DNA of 14,227 nt, taken from Acidobacteriota bacterium (lineage in GTDB: Bacteria > Acidobacteriota > UBA4820 > DSQY01). How positions within the stretch are numbered: position 1 is the stretch's first letter; every line of letters begins with the position of its first letter. Below are positions 14,225 through 14,227 of the stretch, in pieces. Under the pieces are notes generated by a model, which was not told where the DNA came from, made no database searches, and saw only the letters and a list, made by a program, of their open reading frames with translations. Both the position numbers and the translations under genes were made by a program. The stretch lies in the NCBI GenBank assembly GCA_049967655.1, contig JBMFSH010000053.1, positions 1-14,227 on the forward strand. The letters are read 5' to 3'.

Positions 14225-14227
14225 ATG
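14225..14227 (+). CDS. Probable start codon of nuoL (truncated by the window edge)
   Basis: ATG preceded by GGGGGT. The identity rests only on canonical nuo gene order. Confidence 0.45.

Overview
GC-rich bacterial window with all credible genes on the + strand. Left part (448-4752): a PHP-domain metallophosphoesterase, a radical SAM enzyme with an N-terminal B12-binding-like domain, and a radical SAM enzyme carrying the full motif set of the tetraether lipid synthase family (Tes/GDGT-MAS, MJ0619-like). Together these may form a membrane-spanning lipid locus. Right part (4866-14227): a near-consensus sigma70 promoter followed by the complex I operon nuoABCDEFGHIJK, ending at a probable nuoL start codon. 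The unusual signal is intergenic. Four gaps in the nuo operon (C-D, E-F, F-G, K-L) hold related 85-150 nt elements whose arms are three tandem 8-bp units in inverted orientation, forming long hairpins in two subfamilies. All seven non-overlapping nuo junctions contain a short ORF (16-58 aa) that starts on or near the upstream stop and ends on or just past the downstream start; the C-D ORF starts mid-gap and the K-L stop would lie just outside the window. These look like translational bridges that could keep the inserted elements non-polar. All calls come from manual reading and motif recognition; no searches were run.
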